Assembly: GCF_009914755.1 (NCBI RefSeq)
Contig: NC_060948.1
Source of the DNA: the human T2T-CHM13v2.0 reference genome, Homo sapiens
Length of the DNA: 64,000 nt
Reading direction: 5' to 3' (one strand)
Both the position numbers and the translations under genes were made by a program. Numbering within the stretch: position 1 is the stretch's first letter; each line of letters opens with the position of its first letter. This document shows, one piece after another, positions 11,016 through 26,900 of the stretch. The notes beneath the pieces are model-generated. The model did no database searches. It was not told where the DNA came from and saw only the letters and a program-made list of their open reading frames with translations.

Positions 11016-13602
11016 CTGAAAAGGAAAAATGGCTCTCCAAACCCAAATACTAAACAGAAAATTAGTATCAAGTGGCCTAGAATGTAATTTACATGAAAAT
11101 GTCACAAACATTCAGCAGATAGTTTCTAAATGCTACAATAAGCCTGACAGTCTGCAAGAAGCTCAGAAAAACATGGTCCTTGCTCTTCTCAGAGTGCAGT
11201 TGTTACAGGCACAGATAAATGAGGAATAATAAGTATGATAACTGCTGTAATAGGCAAATACAGGAACTATAACTGGAAATAAAGACAATGATTTTGATAA
11301 ACAAAACTTTAATAAACAATGAAATATTTAAAAAAAAAGACTCATGATTTTAATAAACGTTGCCTCCTTCTTCCCTCCAGAAGAAAACTCATGCCTCTGC
11401 TTTATTGGCTGACATGTTCCTAAGGAGATGTAACAGGTCTGATTTGTATTAGTAAATCACATTTGCCTCATTTATGAAACATGTGTTTAAAAATCCTCTT
11501 AAAGGTCAAATGAGACTATTTGCTGTTGCTGGATAAATTGTCAAGTGCTACCCAAATATTATTTTCTCATGGTGATTTATACCGTGTGTATATTACATAG
11601 TTAGCGTAGCATTCTCATAAAGGAAACCTTGAAACACATCTGCTGCTCGGTTTTTATTTTTCAACTGTTTCAGTCATTATTATTTATCACATGCTTTCTA
11701 GGGGCTTTTGAATTTTAAAGAGATATGTATACACCAAAAAGAGAAGGACAATGAAATTGTGAGACTACAGTCATAATGATTTCATTGATTAATTCAATTG
11801 TTTACAGGGCTAGATTAGATTATATTTCTCCCAAAAGATTCTCGGAGAAATTCTAAGATGACGCACCCACTGTTTGAAATGGCCAAAAAGTTGTTGCTTA
11901 AGTTAGAGTTAACTCTTTTTAAAGCCTGAAGATAAAGTAATAGTTTCGTGAATTACAACAGGGAAAATAGGATTTTTAGTGCTACTTGCTCTCATCAGAA
12001 ATAATCGTTAACTTTTAAATTGTTCTTTATGTCACATTAAATTTTTCATTTCCATCTCATGTTTTGGATGTGGTATGTATTTTTAAATGCATTTTCACCC
12101 TTATTGTGCTTCTGTGAGAAACTGCAGATTTAAGTTCATATCATAATTATCTTTTAGTTTTATTTGTTTGTTCCTAAAGGTTCACAGAAATAAAGAATTC
12201 CATTTATGCTTGTATCTTTCAGCAACCTCATTTCAGATAACGGTGCACATTATTGCAGGTATCACATGTACAGGTCCAAAGGGAGAAAAAGAAGAAAGTA
12301 AGCTTTTAAGTCTAAATATTTGTAACACTAGATCAGAAACTCAGTATTCATAGTGAAATCAAAAAATGATCACAGTCAATTCCATCTCATACCTAGACTG
12401 AAATAAGAACCTTCAAAAGCAAAGAAAGTTAAGAGCTTTGGGCTTGTCAAAATTTTCCTATACAGATAAAATTATTGGTGACTTTCTCTCACTAGAAAAC
12501 ATAAACAAAAATTCATCCTTCATATATGTGTAAATAAAATATTTTTATTTCTATCAGTTATAACATGCAAGCAAGTAATACAGTGAAAGTACAATAATAA
12601 AACGATATAAGGAAATTTCTCTGTGTCAACAAATTCCATCGAGGCCATTAATTTTACAAAACCCATAGAGAATACTTCATGAAACTACATTATACTCTAC
12701 TCTTTAGTATTTTACTTACATTTTAAATAATCAACAAATTAAATAAAATTCTTAATCATTATTTATTACCAATAACATTATTCTACTCAAGTAATCCTTT
12801 TGAGATTAAATATTTTAAATAAAACATTAAAAACAAATTGTATTGACTGATATCAGCTTTTGATGAAATAATACTTCTGTATTTGTAGTCATGTGAAGTA
12901 TAACTTTCTCCTCACAATGGATCTTTTATAACACCAGTGGTATTGCTTTCTCTGATACAAAGCCTTTTTGATCTCACAGCTTTACTGTATCTACATATTA
13001 CATTCCTCCAGATAGTAGGCTTCAAACAGATGGAAAAAATTATATTTGTGACAAAATTCTAGGAAAGGGAATGGTAAAACGGGACAATAATTTCTAAATT
13101 TCTAACTGTTCATCCATGGATTTGGATATATTAAGATATAGACAAATATTTGCACACTGCAAGTTTGCACATGTGTTTATGAATTTAAATGAGGTATCCA
13201 TAATGTATGGGTTGTGTAATCTTTTAATTAATCCTCAATTTTACATGTGGGAAATTTGAAAAGGGTTTATCCTTATCAAATACTCAATTCGAAGTACTAT
13301 ACTGAATGTATAGTACTTTGATGTAAAGCCAACAAAATCTCTGTCAACGTTCATTTCAATTAATCCATTGATGTTAACTGCTGATAGCTTCATTCTCCTT
13401 GATCCCTGTTGGCAGCCTGAAAGCTAATTCTCACTCTAATTCAGCACTCAGGGTGCCACCCACAAGTGACTAACACCTTGCTGTGGATTGTGACCTCTGA
13501 CTCTACCACTTTTGTCCTATAACAGTCCTACCTTTGCATATTTAATGAACTTTGTACATGGTTAAAAAATAAAACTGTAGTGAAATGTCAGGCCATGCTG
13601 TG

Positions 13603-13662
13603 AGATGTTCCATTGCTTCTGTATCTCTAATTAGATGTTCCATTGCTTCTGTATCTCTAATT
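13603..13662. repeat. Perfect 30-bp tandem duplication
   Basis: agatgttccattgcttctgtatctctaatt occurs twice in tandem. Confidence 0.97.
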
Positions 13663-14537
13663 GACCTTTCATGTTATAGAGGACAAGAAAAACAATTCAA
13701 TACATTACTTAGTAACCAATCCAATGCACCCTTTCTTATTAATATGCCAAACCCATCCCTTCAAGGCACTGACATCTAAACACAGCTAGATGTATCAAAA
13801 TCTCTTCTCATTAATAACCATTATGTTAATCACTGTTGCCCAGATCTGGACTCTGACTGTGAAATCCTAGGGTGGAAATTGCTATAATGGCTCAAACTGC
13901 GGGAATGACTATGTTTCGGCATAATTACTGCTGTCATCTTACTGAAAAATATCACATTAGATGGCAGCTTCTAGTTACATAAATCCTGTTGATTAATGTC
14001 CAGCATTTATGATATTGCACAAGTAAAGATCTTTGATAACTTAAATGATTAGCTGAGCAATAATTAAAATAACTCACAGCAATTTAAATATTCATTTACT
14101 TACTAGAAGTGCCATACATCATTAACTCCTGATGAAAACAAAGTGGGGAAATTGCAAGTGCTGAACTGGTTACTGAAGTATGTATTTCGGGGTATTTTAT
14201 AAAACTATCCATGCCATGTATGATGCCTCACCTGCAAGGATAAAGCTTTAACATATATGAAAAATAAGTGTCTTTGGTTCTTAATATCTTCCTACATTTG
14301 TCTTCATAACTTCAACACAAAAACACTCATATACTCGACTTTTGGCTGGGCTGACTACCAGTTATTAGGATTTAAGTAAATAGAATAAAGATTTCAAAAT
14401 TCGATGACCAAATATGAGAAATCACACTCTCCCCGTAACATACAATTATTCTCAAGTGCCACTGCTAATGCAAAATTGAAAGAAGAAATTAAGTCTAATA
14501 TATTGCAATATTCTAAAATCTAAAATTTTTTCTTTGA

Positions 14538-14832
14538 GGTCTGGTGGTTCATGCCTGGAATTGCAGCTCTTTGGGATGCTGAGAAGGGAGGATTGCTTCA
14601 AGCGCAGGGTTCAAGACCAGCCCAGGCAACATAGCAAGTCCTATCTCTACAAATGTAACTAATTAAATACTTAATTAAATTGGGCATGCTGGCACACATC
14701 TATCTTCTATTTACTCAGCAGTTCAAGGTCGTAGTGAGCTGTGATTGCACACTGCACTTCAGCCTGGGCCATGAGGTAAGACTTTGTCTCTACAAAATAA
14801 TTCAATATAACAAAACAAAATAAAATAAAAAC
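14538..14832 (+). mobile_element. Alu (AluJ-type) with internal deletion in the right arm
   Basis: AluJ-style 'ggaggattgcttcaagc...caacatagcaag' and 'gtgagctgtgattgc', with an (A)n/AAAAT tail. Confidence 0.88.
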
Positions 14833-16002
14833 ACTTTATTTGTTTTTTGGAAGTTTGCTTAATTGCTCCAAAGCATAGACATTGTTTAAAAAGTTAAGCA
14901 GTTCATGGGGAATCGGCAGTGAACATTGTTTATATTGTTTTCCAAAAATTAGGATAAATGTTAGAATATTATATATAAATATCTCATAACCTTTTGTACA
15001 ATAAATATTGACAAATGTCAAGCCATCGTGTTTATAGACTTTTCCTTCAAAATATTCATAGTTTAATTGGAGGATGAAGAGAAGAGCAATAATTGCAATG
15101 TACTCTGACAAGTGTTACAATAGATACAATTTAGTAACTTAGCTGGAGAGGAAGGAAGTGCTTAACTGGGTTTACAGGGGTTGGGGGAACTTTCTCAGGT
15201 CAGGAACAACTGATGCATCTGTAAGGATACAAATTTGCAAGACGAATGTTTGGGAGAAAAACACTGTAGAAAAAAAGAAACATTATTTCTATCAATGATA
15301 GACATACTAACAGTGCATATGATGCCATCTGCCCAATTCTTAGACTATACTAGCTCAATAAATATTTCTTGAATGAATCCATGAATGGAAGATACTGGGA
15401 AAAGAATGCTGGAAGGGATTTTCAAAATCCAGTGAAACAAAGGTGAATACTCTGGACTTTACAATTTTGCCTGCCGTTCTTTAAGTTCTTGTTATGTTTA
15501 CTACCTCATAAGCTCTGTTTTACTTTTTGTTGTTTTCACAAATATCACGCATGATATCGTTCCTGAGACTAATTCTCTCTTGATCCCTTGATACTATATT
15601 TGTCTCTGATACTCCTTTGTGTGAGGTCCTGGGTTTTTATGCCCACAGCTACGTCACTCACCTCTCCCTGGCACTATTCTGTAATAGAGAGGCCTGGCCC
15701 CTGGGAGGCAGGGTTCCTAGGCTCTCATAAAAATTACTTCCTGTTTCAGCTCAGTCAAGGGATGACACTGCAGAGATTAGAGAACAAAAAGATGAGAGAA
15801 GCCAGTTTGTGTCGCCTTCCTTCTCAGCAGGGTATGTTTCCACAGTGATTCCATGCCTGCAGGACATGCTCTCTGTGTTTCCATTTTCCATGTAGTGACC
15901 CGAATCCTAGACTGGCTCTTCTAATGCCGTTTTCTCCAATTGTCTTTTTGAAGGATTTGGGTACTATTGTACTATTTTGGAGTTTAAAATTTAAAAAAAT
16001 AT

Positions 16003-16782
16003 TGATATGGACAGGGGGGCAGGGAAGTGCCTGATAGAGGAGGGTGTGGTTCTTGGCTAGGGATTCACCCTCAGGCTTGTGCTCATTGACCTAGGTGAGG
16101 CCATGCACTTCTGTTTTCTTGCCCAAATTGGTGAGGACATGCGCTTCTGTTTTTTTGCCCAAGTGTTGCATTTTCCAAGAGCACCCTGGCCTGCCATACC
16201 CCCATCCTGTGCTATCAGAAACCCCGAGACCCTAGCGGGCAGAGACACAGTAGCTGACGTCGAGAAGAACCATCAGCAGAAGAAGACACAAGCAATTGGA
16301 CCTGGAGAAGACACCGGAGGAAGGAGAGCGCAAGGACAGAGGCGGCAGGCCATCCACCGCAGAAGAACACAGAGTTGCGTGGGGCTGTGGAAGGAGAGCG
16401 CTCACCTGCCCCATTTCAAGGGAAAACCACCTTCCCGCTCCGTCTCCCTTCTGGCTCCCCATCCATCTGCTGACAGCTTCCACTCAATGAAACCTGCACT
16501 TACTCTCCAAGCCCACGTGTGAGCCAATTCTTCAGCTACACCAAGGCAGGAAACCCCAGGATCCAGAAAGCCTTCTGTCTTTGCAGAAAGGCAGAGTGTC
16601 TAATTGAGCTGACACAAGCCGTCTACAGATTGATAAACTAAAGTAACACCGTGTAACACATGCCCGCTGGGGATTTAGGAGCTGTAAACATTCACCCCTA
16701 GATGCTGCCTGGGGTCAGAGCCCCACAGCCTGTCCTCATTGCTAGCTCTGCAGCGGGGGATAAGGGACGTTTTCCCGTTGCA
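16003..16782 (+). mobile_element. ERV1 solo LTR, LTR1 family
   Basis: TG...CA termini ('tgatatggacagg...ttcccgttgca') with flanks atat/ctat (4-bp TSD, 1 mismatch). Has an internal ~36-bp tandem duplication at ~16094-16165. Confidence 0.8.
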
Positions 16783-17120
16783 CTATGAGTCTGTTTCCAA
16801 TGCAGTGTGCTTTCTGCAATACTGCAGTGTTACCTCATTGCATATATTTGACAAAATAAGTTACAAACTATAATGTGAGAAGAAAATAAATGGTGGAGAA
16901 TAAGGAAGAAAAATGAAACATTGTGTCAGTAAGGAATGTTTTTTACTTCATGTAACAGAAAAAGTAAACATGAATTAAATAAACAGGAATTTCCGGTTTT
17001 CACATGTTAACCAGCCACAGTTAGGCATTTGGCGCCTTTGATCAGTTGCATTGCTGCATGGAAGTAGCGTAGCTGCATGGTAGTAGCACTGACTTTTTTT
17101 TTTTTTTTGCTATTTTCTCC

Positions 17121-17317
17121 AAGGTGAAACCTAGCTCAAATCCAACACCATGTTGGGTCCAGTTGTTGCTAGCCAGCTTTGCCCACACTCTGGTTTTTCA
17201 GTCTTATCAGCTTCTAGTGTATGCAGCTACTTTAACAGTGTGTTTTTGCTAGTCATGTGAAACTGCTGCCTGAGATTTTCTATTCTCCTGCAATCATCTA
17301 GTATTTTTCCTGGCTCA
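17121..17317 (-). mobile_element. ERV1 LTR 5' fragment, MER66-like
   Basis: The minus strand reads 'tgagccaggaaaaatac...gcaggagaatagaaaatctcaggcagcagtttcacatgactagc...actggacccaacatgg', matching the recalled 5' end of a MER66-type LTR. Truncated. Confidence 0.7.
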
Positions 17318-19334
17318 AATTATGTGACTTGCTCATTTTTCTCCTCAGGACACTGCAGGATGTTCTTTACCTGGTTTTTTAAAAGAGCATTGGTAAACCA
17401 GTTTCATTTCCCTCAAATACTTCTGAGAATTCCTGAGAAACTTATACATGTCTCACTGGACTGCACCACTGCCCACTCAGCTGCCTGTTATTGACTTCTT
17501 TCTTTAGATAAGATCCCCCAGACAGCAACTGCATGGGCCCTCCCACCCCCACTCCCACTAAAGACCAACATCCAATGTTTAAAACATTTTAAGTCTTAGA
17601 TATAGCATAAAGGGATTATGGAATACAAAACAACACATCAGACACATATATTAAGAAAACTTCAGCCAGTATCAGTCTTTGACAACAAAGGTAACCATTT
17701 TAACTACACGGTATAAATATATTTACACATAAAGTGTATGCATAGGGAAATGTTTCTCACATTGTATATACTTTCTCCAGTGATGTCTTAGGCACTCATT
17801 TAAAATAGGTCACTGATTGAATTACAACTGTAACCTATAATGAAAATAGCAGAGTAGAAAGGTGTAGAAAGGCTTTTTTTTTTTTTTAAACAGCTCATAT
17901 GTACACATTGTTTGGTCTTCCAGTTGTGCTGTTTCTTTTGTATGAGTGTGTATATGTTTATGTAATTTTAGATAGTTACAGAGAATAGATTTAGTCGAAG
18001 TAATTAGAAATTAAGCAGACTTCTTTGTAATAAAAAAGGAAATGATTAACTTTAATTGAATTTTAGTGCAACAGTAAAACTGGATAAGAATTTATTCTTA
18101 CTCAGGGAAAAGATGTACTGTGTTTTGCAGACTGAAAGAGTTCTTTCCTGAGTAAGCCAGTGTTGGCCTTTATTGCAGAAATAGATTGTTTTTGGTAGAC
18201 CCCTACAGCCAGCTACCTGCAGAGAAAGAAATTCTACTAGAGAGGATTCTAAATTGAGTATTAAATACTCTTTCTTTAGGTGAAGCATTCACATACAATA
18301 TTCTTTTACATTCAGCATAATTATAAAAGTTAATTTTAGAACACTTTCCAAAAAAATAAAGCAATTATAAAAATTAGGGAGATAATTGTATATTCCTCCT
18401 TTAAAAAGTTTTAGCCTATTCAAATCTAACAAGTCCACTCTGAAATACCTGTAAATAAGATACGAAATGAATAAGAAAATACAGCAGAATGTACCAGATG
18501 TTTTCTATGTGTTGGATATACATACATCTGTTAGTTTTTAATGGCAGACAGAGTGCAGTCTACATAATTTTATTCATAGGAGATGCCTATGCATCATATA
18601 TTCACAGATAACTATTATTTCTCTGAAGATTGAAATAGAAAGCTAGGAAAACACAACACAGCACATACACTGGATTATATTTAAGCAAATGTGAATTGTA
18701 TAGTTACATGATCTCTTCCAGGGGCTTCTTATCACTCTCTCACTGGGTAGTCTAAGGATTGATTAAAGTTCCTAGGCTCTTTCAAGCTAAGAAACACTAT
18801 GTAAGTGCTATGCATTATCATGGTAACACGAGAGTGAGGCATAAGTGATTTGCAACATCATAGGCTCTTTGAAATGTGCGTCTAGTCTGATTGAAAGTTT
18901 TCTCTAACAGTGTTTTATGTATTGGAAAGTGCTTATCATATTTGAAGATGAAATGTGCTCTACTGAAATCATGCAAATCTGCAAAATCAATCTTTGTTCT
19001 ATATATTAGTATAATGATGTTTCTCAAAATAGAAGAAAACTTGGGATATGATTTCAAAGGTAATTTATAATAAGGTAGAATTTTGACATCAATTATAACT
19101 TGTCTATTATCATTTGATTGACTCAGCTGTTGCTCTCTTAATTAGTGCAACTGAAGTCTAGTTAATTTGCATAAAGGTAGCTATCCCATCTTACAGACTT
19201 TTAAAGACAGTCAGGAGACTATTCACTGTTTCTATAAAGCTTACATAGATTTTATCAACATGTTTCAGTCATGTATGACTGACTGCAATAAGCATCAGTT
19301 CTAAAATGTAATTTATACATTAATAATTCCTTTA

Positions 19335-20130
19335 ATATTTTTATTTTTATTTTTATTATGGATTCAGAGAGTACATGCACAGGCTTATTACAGAGGTATA
19401 TTACATGATGCTGACATTTAGTCTTCTATCGATCCCGTCACCCAGATAGTGAACATAGTACCCAACAGGAAGGTTTTCAGCCCCTGCCCCTCTCCCTCTG
19501 TCCCTCCTTTGGAATCTCCAGTGTCTATAGTTCTCATCTTTATTTCTGTGCACCCAACCAAGTTTTAGCTCCTATTTATGAGAATATTCAATATTTGATT
19601 TTCTGTTTCTTCATTAATTTGCTTAGGTTAAGGCCTCCAGCTGCATCCACGCTGCTGCAAAGGACATGATTTTGTTCTTTTAATGGCTGTGTACTATTCC
19701 AGGGCTCATATGTACCACATTGTCATTGTCCCATCCTCCACGGATGTGCTCCTAGGTTTATTCTATGTCTTCGCTATGGTGGTGAATATGAGAATTCTTG
19801 TGTCTTTTTTGGTAGCTTTAATAATTTATTTTCATTTGAGCATATACATAGTAATAAGATTGCTGGGTGAAAGAGTAGTTCTATTGTGAGTTCTTTTAGA
19901 AATCCACAAACTGCTTTCCACAGTGGCTGAACATTCTCTCCACCAGTGTATAAGTATTCCTTTTCCTCTACAGCCTTGCCCACATATGTTTTTTTTTGGG
20001 GGGGGCTTTTTAATAATAATACTCATTCTGACTGGTATGAGATGGTATCTTGTTGTGATTTTGATTTCCCTTCTCTGATGATCAGTGATGTTGAGCACTT
20101 TTCTTATGTTTCTTATCCACTTGTATATCT
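19335..20130 (-). mobile_element. L1 3' end (old L1PA13-16/L1PB-like)
   Basis: T-tail, 'cccgtcacccagatagtgaacatagtacccaacagg' 3'UTR, then the ORF2 C-terminus (TTRYHLIPVRM in the 19832-20158 ORF). Confidence 0.9.
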
Positions 20131-21683
20131 TAAGAAGATATTTTAAATAAACATACAATTATTTCCTCTACTCATAGGTCAAATTCTGCCTATGTCCTTC
20201 TCTCTTTTTCTACTACATGATTTTACATGGATAATGAGTCAAAAAATGTGATGTGCTAGTAATACATTTTATTTCATACTTATAAATGTAAAATGTTTTT
20301 CTTTGAAAGATACCACATTCTCCAATTTTTAATTTTTTTAATTCCTTTAAAGCGGCAATGGGGACAGGGAAATTTTAAAGCAATTACTTCACAAGGTGAT
20401 TCCAATTTATACAGAATATTGTTCATTGTAAAATTATTTTGTTTTTGAGTAAAATTAAAATATGTATACAAATACAAAATAACATAATAAATACTAATTT
20501 TACCCCACTTAAAAATAAAAGCTATTAATATTTTCCTTGTTCTATGTATATTACCTCTGGTTGTAATTGGAATACACCCCATCAGGTTCATTTGCTTTTC
20601 TCCATTTCCAGAGGTGCCATTATCATCAACCTGTTATTACCTTCATATTTTTATAAATTTATTAAAATATTTATTTCTAAATAATACTATTTTGTGAATT
20701 TTTAATGTTTCTGTGAATATATAAGGTGTGTATTATTTCACATTTTTTGTTAACATTCTTACTGAGAGCTGCCATTATTGATGGCATAGTTCTCAGTCTA
20801 CAGAATTTCATCATGTTCCATGATGTGTTTGTCCAAATGCTACAAAGAGAAACCTTCCCTATGCATCTAGGTACACATGTGTGAGAGTGTCTAATGAATA
20901 TACTAGAAGAATGGCTGGACTGCAGTGTGCATACAGTTTTAATTTTGAGGGGATGAAATATATTCTCATTAGGTCCCAGGGCTACCACTTTATTACTATT
21001 GTTTATCCAAGCTAATTGGCTTAGCATATGTCTTAGATTTTTCATTTTTAATGAAGTATTATTATAAGTTACATTGATTAGATCCAGCATGTGTTTGTTA
21101 AATGTTCATTTTGTTTAACAATTATAGCTATTGTCAGGGCTCCATCATTAGGTGAGGAAAATAAAATATTAACAGAATGATGACTTCGGTAGGGGGATAA
21201 GTCTGAAAATCAACTTTATTTTCCTAACACGGTTTATACAATACATAGATAATGCTTCTTTTTCAGGGACAGCATGCAGCAGAGTGCTTGATAATAAATC
21301 AATATGCACTGAGTCAGTATTGGCTAGGAATGGCTAGTTCCTTCCAATCTTCCCGGGTGATGGAAGAAGTATTTGACATAGTTTTTTGTTTGTTTGTTTG
21401 TTTTTTCTATATGGTTCATTTACATGACACTGCCAGATCATCATATGGTGGGTTTGGGGAAAATGAAGGAAATAATAGGCTAGATATATGTAAATTATGT
21501 GCTAGAAATAGAAGCTTAGCACAGAGAGAGTAGTTAATTGGTCTGGCCACAGTGGTTTTGTCATCTCTCATATGCCTACAACTATTTATTTATGGGCTAT
21601 TTGCTTATGACGATTTAAAAAAAAATCTGTTTCAGCAGCAATGACTAAAAAATGCAAGTAGATATTTAATTAAAAACAACTCT

Positions 21684-22166
<483 letters not shown>

Positions 22167-23639
22167 TCAAAAGGTAATACTTAGTTACATTAAGAAAACT
22201 ATGCCTGAAGATGACATTTTCACAGATTTAATATGTGAATTTGGAAAAATTGAACATATAATTCTGAGATGATTGGCTTTTTATTGACATCAAATTACTG
22301 TTTTTTAAAAACAATCGTGTACATTTTTAATTCTAATTTTTCTGCACTTAAGAAATATGCATCAGTAATTGTTAGTATATTAGCTCCATTAGCTACAGAA
22401 GAAATTCCAAAATAATTGAATAATGCCATCTAGATGTTTCAAACAGAAAATTGGATTAAAAAATGGTTTGATTTTTAATCAATCATTGGAACCAAAATAA
22501 AGCTGTTGAAATATTATTGTGTCAGGAAAAAAAACATTGAACAATATGATACTTTTTTTAAAAAAGTTCACTTGAAAAGCTAAACATTGTGGATAACTTT
22601 TATTGGTGACAAGAAAAAGCAACTTTGGAAAAGTTTTTGCAAGTAACTTTATTTAAAAATCAATATAAAATTAAAACAAATGCATTTTCCTAAAAAAACT
22701 ACAGGTAATTATTAAGAAACAGATTAATACATATAAATATGTTCTAGAATAATTATTCTTCCTCTTATTTGTAATACTTCAATAATAAATACAAAGAAGT
22801 TATTTTTCTATTTTGCCTCAAGATATGTAATTGTGAATTTAAATTTCTGAAGGGATTTCATTTTCAGAAGTAATTGGAAGGTAACGATTTCATAGCTCCA
22901 TTGATACAGTAAAAAAAAAAAATGCCTGTAAGGAAATAACATAATAAATATTAAATAATTTTGCATATGTTGGTAACCTTTTATTCTAAAAAAAGTTTCC
23001 ATTGGAACAATAAATATTTTAGTCACCCTAATTTTACTAAATATCATTAGATAATCCTGTGATTGATGGAACCAAATTATCATTCCATACATCCTTGACT
23101 ACACTTGATATTATTATTTTAATAGTTGCCAAACAAATGAACAAAAGTTGGAACGTAATGTGGTTTTGATTTATATCCCCAGATTACTAATGAGCTCAAA
23201 CATCTAGCCATTTTTCATTGGTCATATGACTTTCTTCTTTTCTAAAATGTATCTATTTACCTGTCCTGCTTTCTTCTACTGGGCTAGATTGTTTATAGAT
23301 TTTCTTGTGTAGTTATTTTGATTTTTTGGGGCGCTGGTAATTTTATGTATATTTTTCTTAGTGATTTTCTGGAGTTTTATAAACCCCCAAGATAATTTTT
23401 AGAATTTATGATCTGAAGATTTTCAAAAAGCTAACTCAGAAGTCATTTGTGGCCATAATGCTAACTTCTAATGGAAAAAAATAATTTTGCCACTTTAGCA
23501 AAACATACTTTAAAGATACTAATTAGAAAGCACTGAAGTGCTCAATTCTATCTTTTTAATAAAATTTGCATTTAAATAGTCATTTCAACAAAATCTTTTC
23601 CCCTACAATAAGAACCAATTATTAAATGTTGATTACGTA

Positions 23640-23840
23640 TCTCCTGCATGGTTTTCTAAATATTTCACAATTGTCATTTTGGTAACAATCACTTAGCATA
23701 CTTGTTAGAATTGCTGGCTCTCCAGGTCTCATTTCAAATGATTGAACAAGGATTTTGAACCAAATAATGAGAAATATTTGAATATATATTTTATGACCCA
23801 TGTAATTATTTGGGGATATTTGTGAAACTCTGGTCTGACA
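23640..23840. mobile_element. MER5-like hAT-Charlie fragment
   Basis: Degenerate palindromic layout 'tggttttctaaa...cttgttagaattgctggctctccagg...tttgtgaaactctggtct'. Confidence 0.5.
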
Positions 23841-25186
23841 CTTAAGATAAAGTAAAACATCAACAACAACAACAACAACAGCAACAGAAAGAAAACACAC
23901 AAAGAACATCAAGTCAGGAGTCAGGAATAAATACCTTATCTTTTCCTCACTCCTGCCTTCTCAAGTCATATGCCCCTGTCTTCTTTCTCATTCTTGATAA
24001 ATACTACTCCATCTATCTAGCACTTCACAGGAGTAATTAACCTGTTAATTTGCAATTTAGCAAAAAGCAAGAAACCTACTTCTGAACATTTTCTTTAGGA
24101 ACATGGTTCTAGCTATACACTGTGTGTCAGGTAATGCTATGGATAGCCATAAAATAGCAGTATTTAACAAAAATATTTGACCACGGTGGCAAAATTATCT
24201 TTTCTAAACGATCCACTGCTACTAAGATTACCTTGATATTTTGGAGACTGTACTGACATTTTGAATTTCACATATTCATGGGAGATTGGAAAGTGTCTTC
24301 AGATATCAGCGTCTATAATGTTAATACTTGTATTAACTTCCACATTTTTCTGTGTTAAAGCAGGTGTGCAGTATTGGATGAACAGGTATGCCACTGAAGC
24401 ATAGCTGTGATTAAAATTTTATACGTTTTCATGAAATTGCACATGACAACATCTCCACAGAAAATTTAGATTTTTGGCTCACCTGGGAGATGTTCAAGAA
24501 AAGGACATTTTATATTCTTAATGATTTCCCAGCTGGTTCTTAAAGCGAGGTAGCACAATACTGTGGAAAGAGGCAGTTCTGTCATCTGACATTAGACTTT
24601 AATATATGCTAAATATTTTGAGGCCCAAATTTCAGATGTATGAAGTGGGGTCTAAAATATCTAGCAACTGTGTGTGTAGTTATAAAGATCATATAATAAT
24701 AATTGACTCTGTTGGCCTGGTACTTTTCTGTAAAACAAAGACATCATTTAACTATTTAACTTTGTTACTTAGTATAGCTTCATTTGGGCATTTTTAAGGA
24801 ATATTTATATTGTGATAAAGAAAACAGTTAATACTGGCAGAGAATGGTACTTACTCCAACATTGACTTTGCAGAGCTCCAGCTGTTCTGTAAAGAAACTG
24901 ACGTGAATTGCAAAGAAAAAAAATAGTGGATGATTGAAGGTTGTTTAGGGGCCAGTCTTTATTTACTAAGACTATGTAATTTTCGGAGAGGACACACAAC
25001 CTGTGAAGTGTTGGGCGTGAAGGATGAAGACTCATCAAGAAGAGGCTGCCTCAAGGATCATCCTCTACATTTCTAGCTTGAAATACAAGGTATATAGTGC
25101 TGTGAATTTCTGAAATAGTGGAATACTGTAGGGGGAAACATGTTTGGAGGATGAAATATAATATAATTAAAATAATCCCTACTAAC

Positions 25187-25304
25187 CAGTAGAGATGGGT
25201 TTCACCATGTTGGCCAGGATTGTCTCAATCTCTTGACCTAGTGATCTGCCCAACTCGGCCTCCCAAAGTCCTGGGATTACAGGCGTGAGCCTCCACACTC
25301 AGCT
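25187..25304 (-). mobile_element. Alu left-arm remnant
   Basis: 'agtagagatgggtttcaccatgttggccagg...ggattacaggcgtgagcc'. The right arm and tail are absent. Confidence 0.92.

Positions 25305-26900
<1,596 letters not shown>

Noticed and set aside
17094-17560. Possible processed pseudogene ending in poly(A) on the minus strand
   Set aside because: The sequence next to the T-run matches the 5' part of a MER66-like LTR; there is no coherent protein and no TSD.
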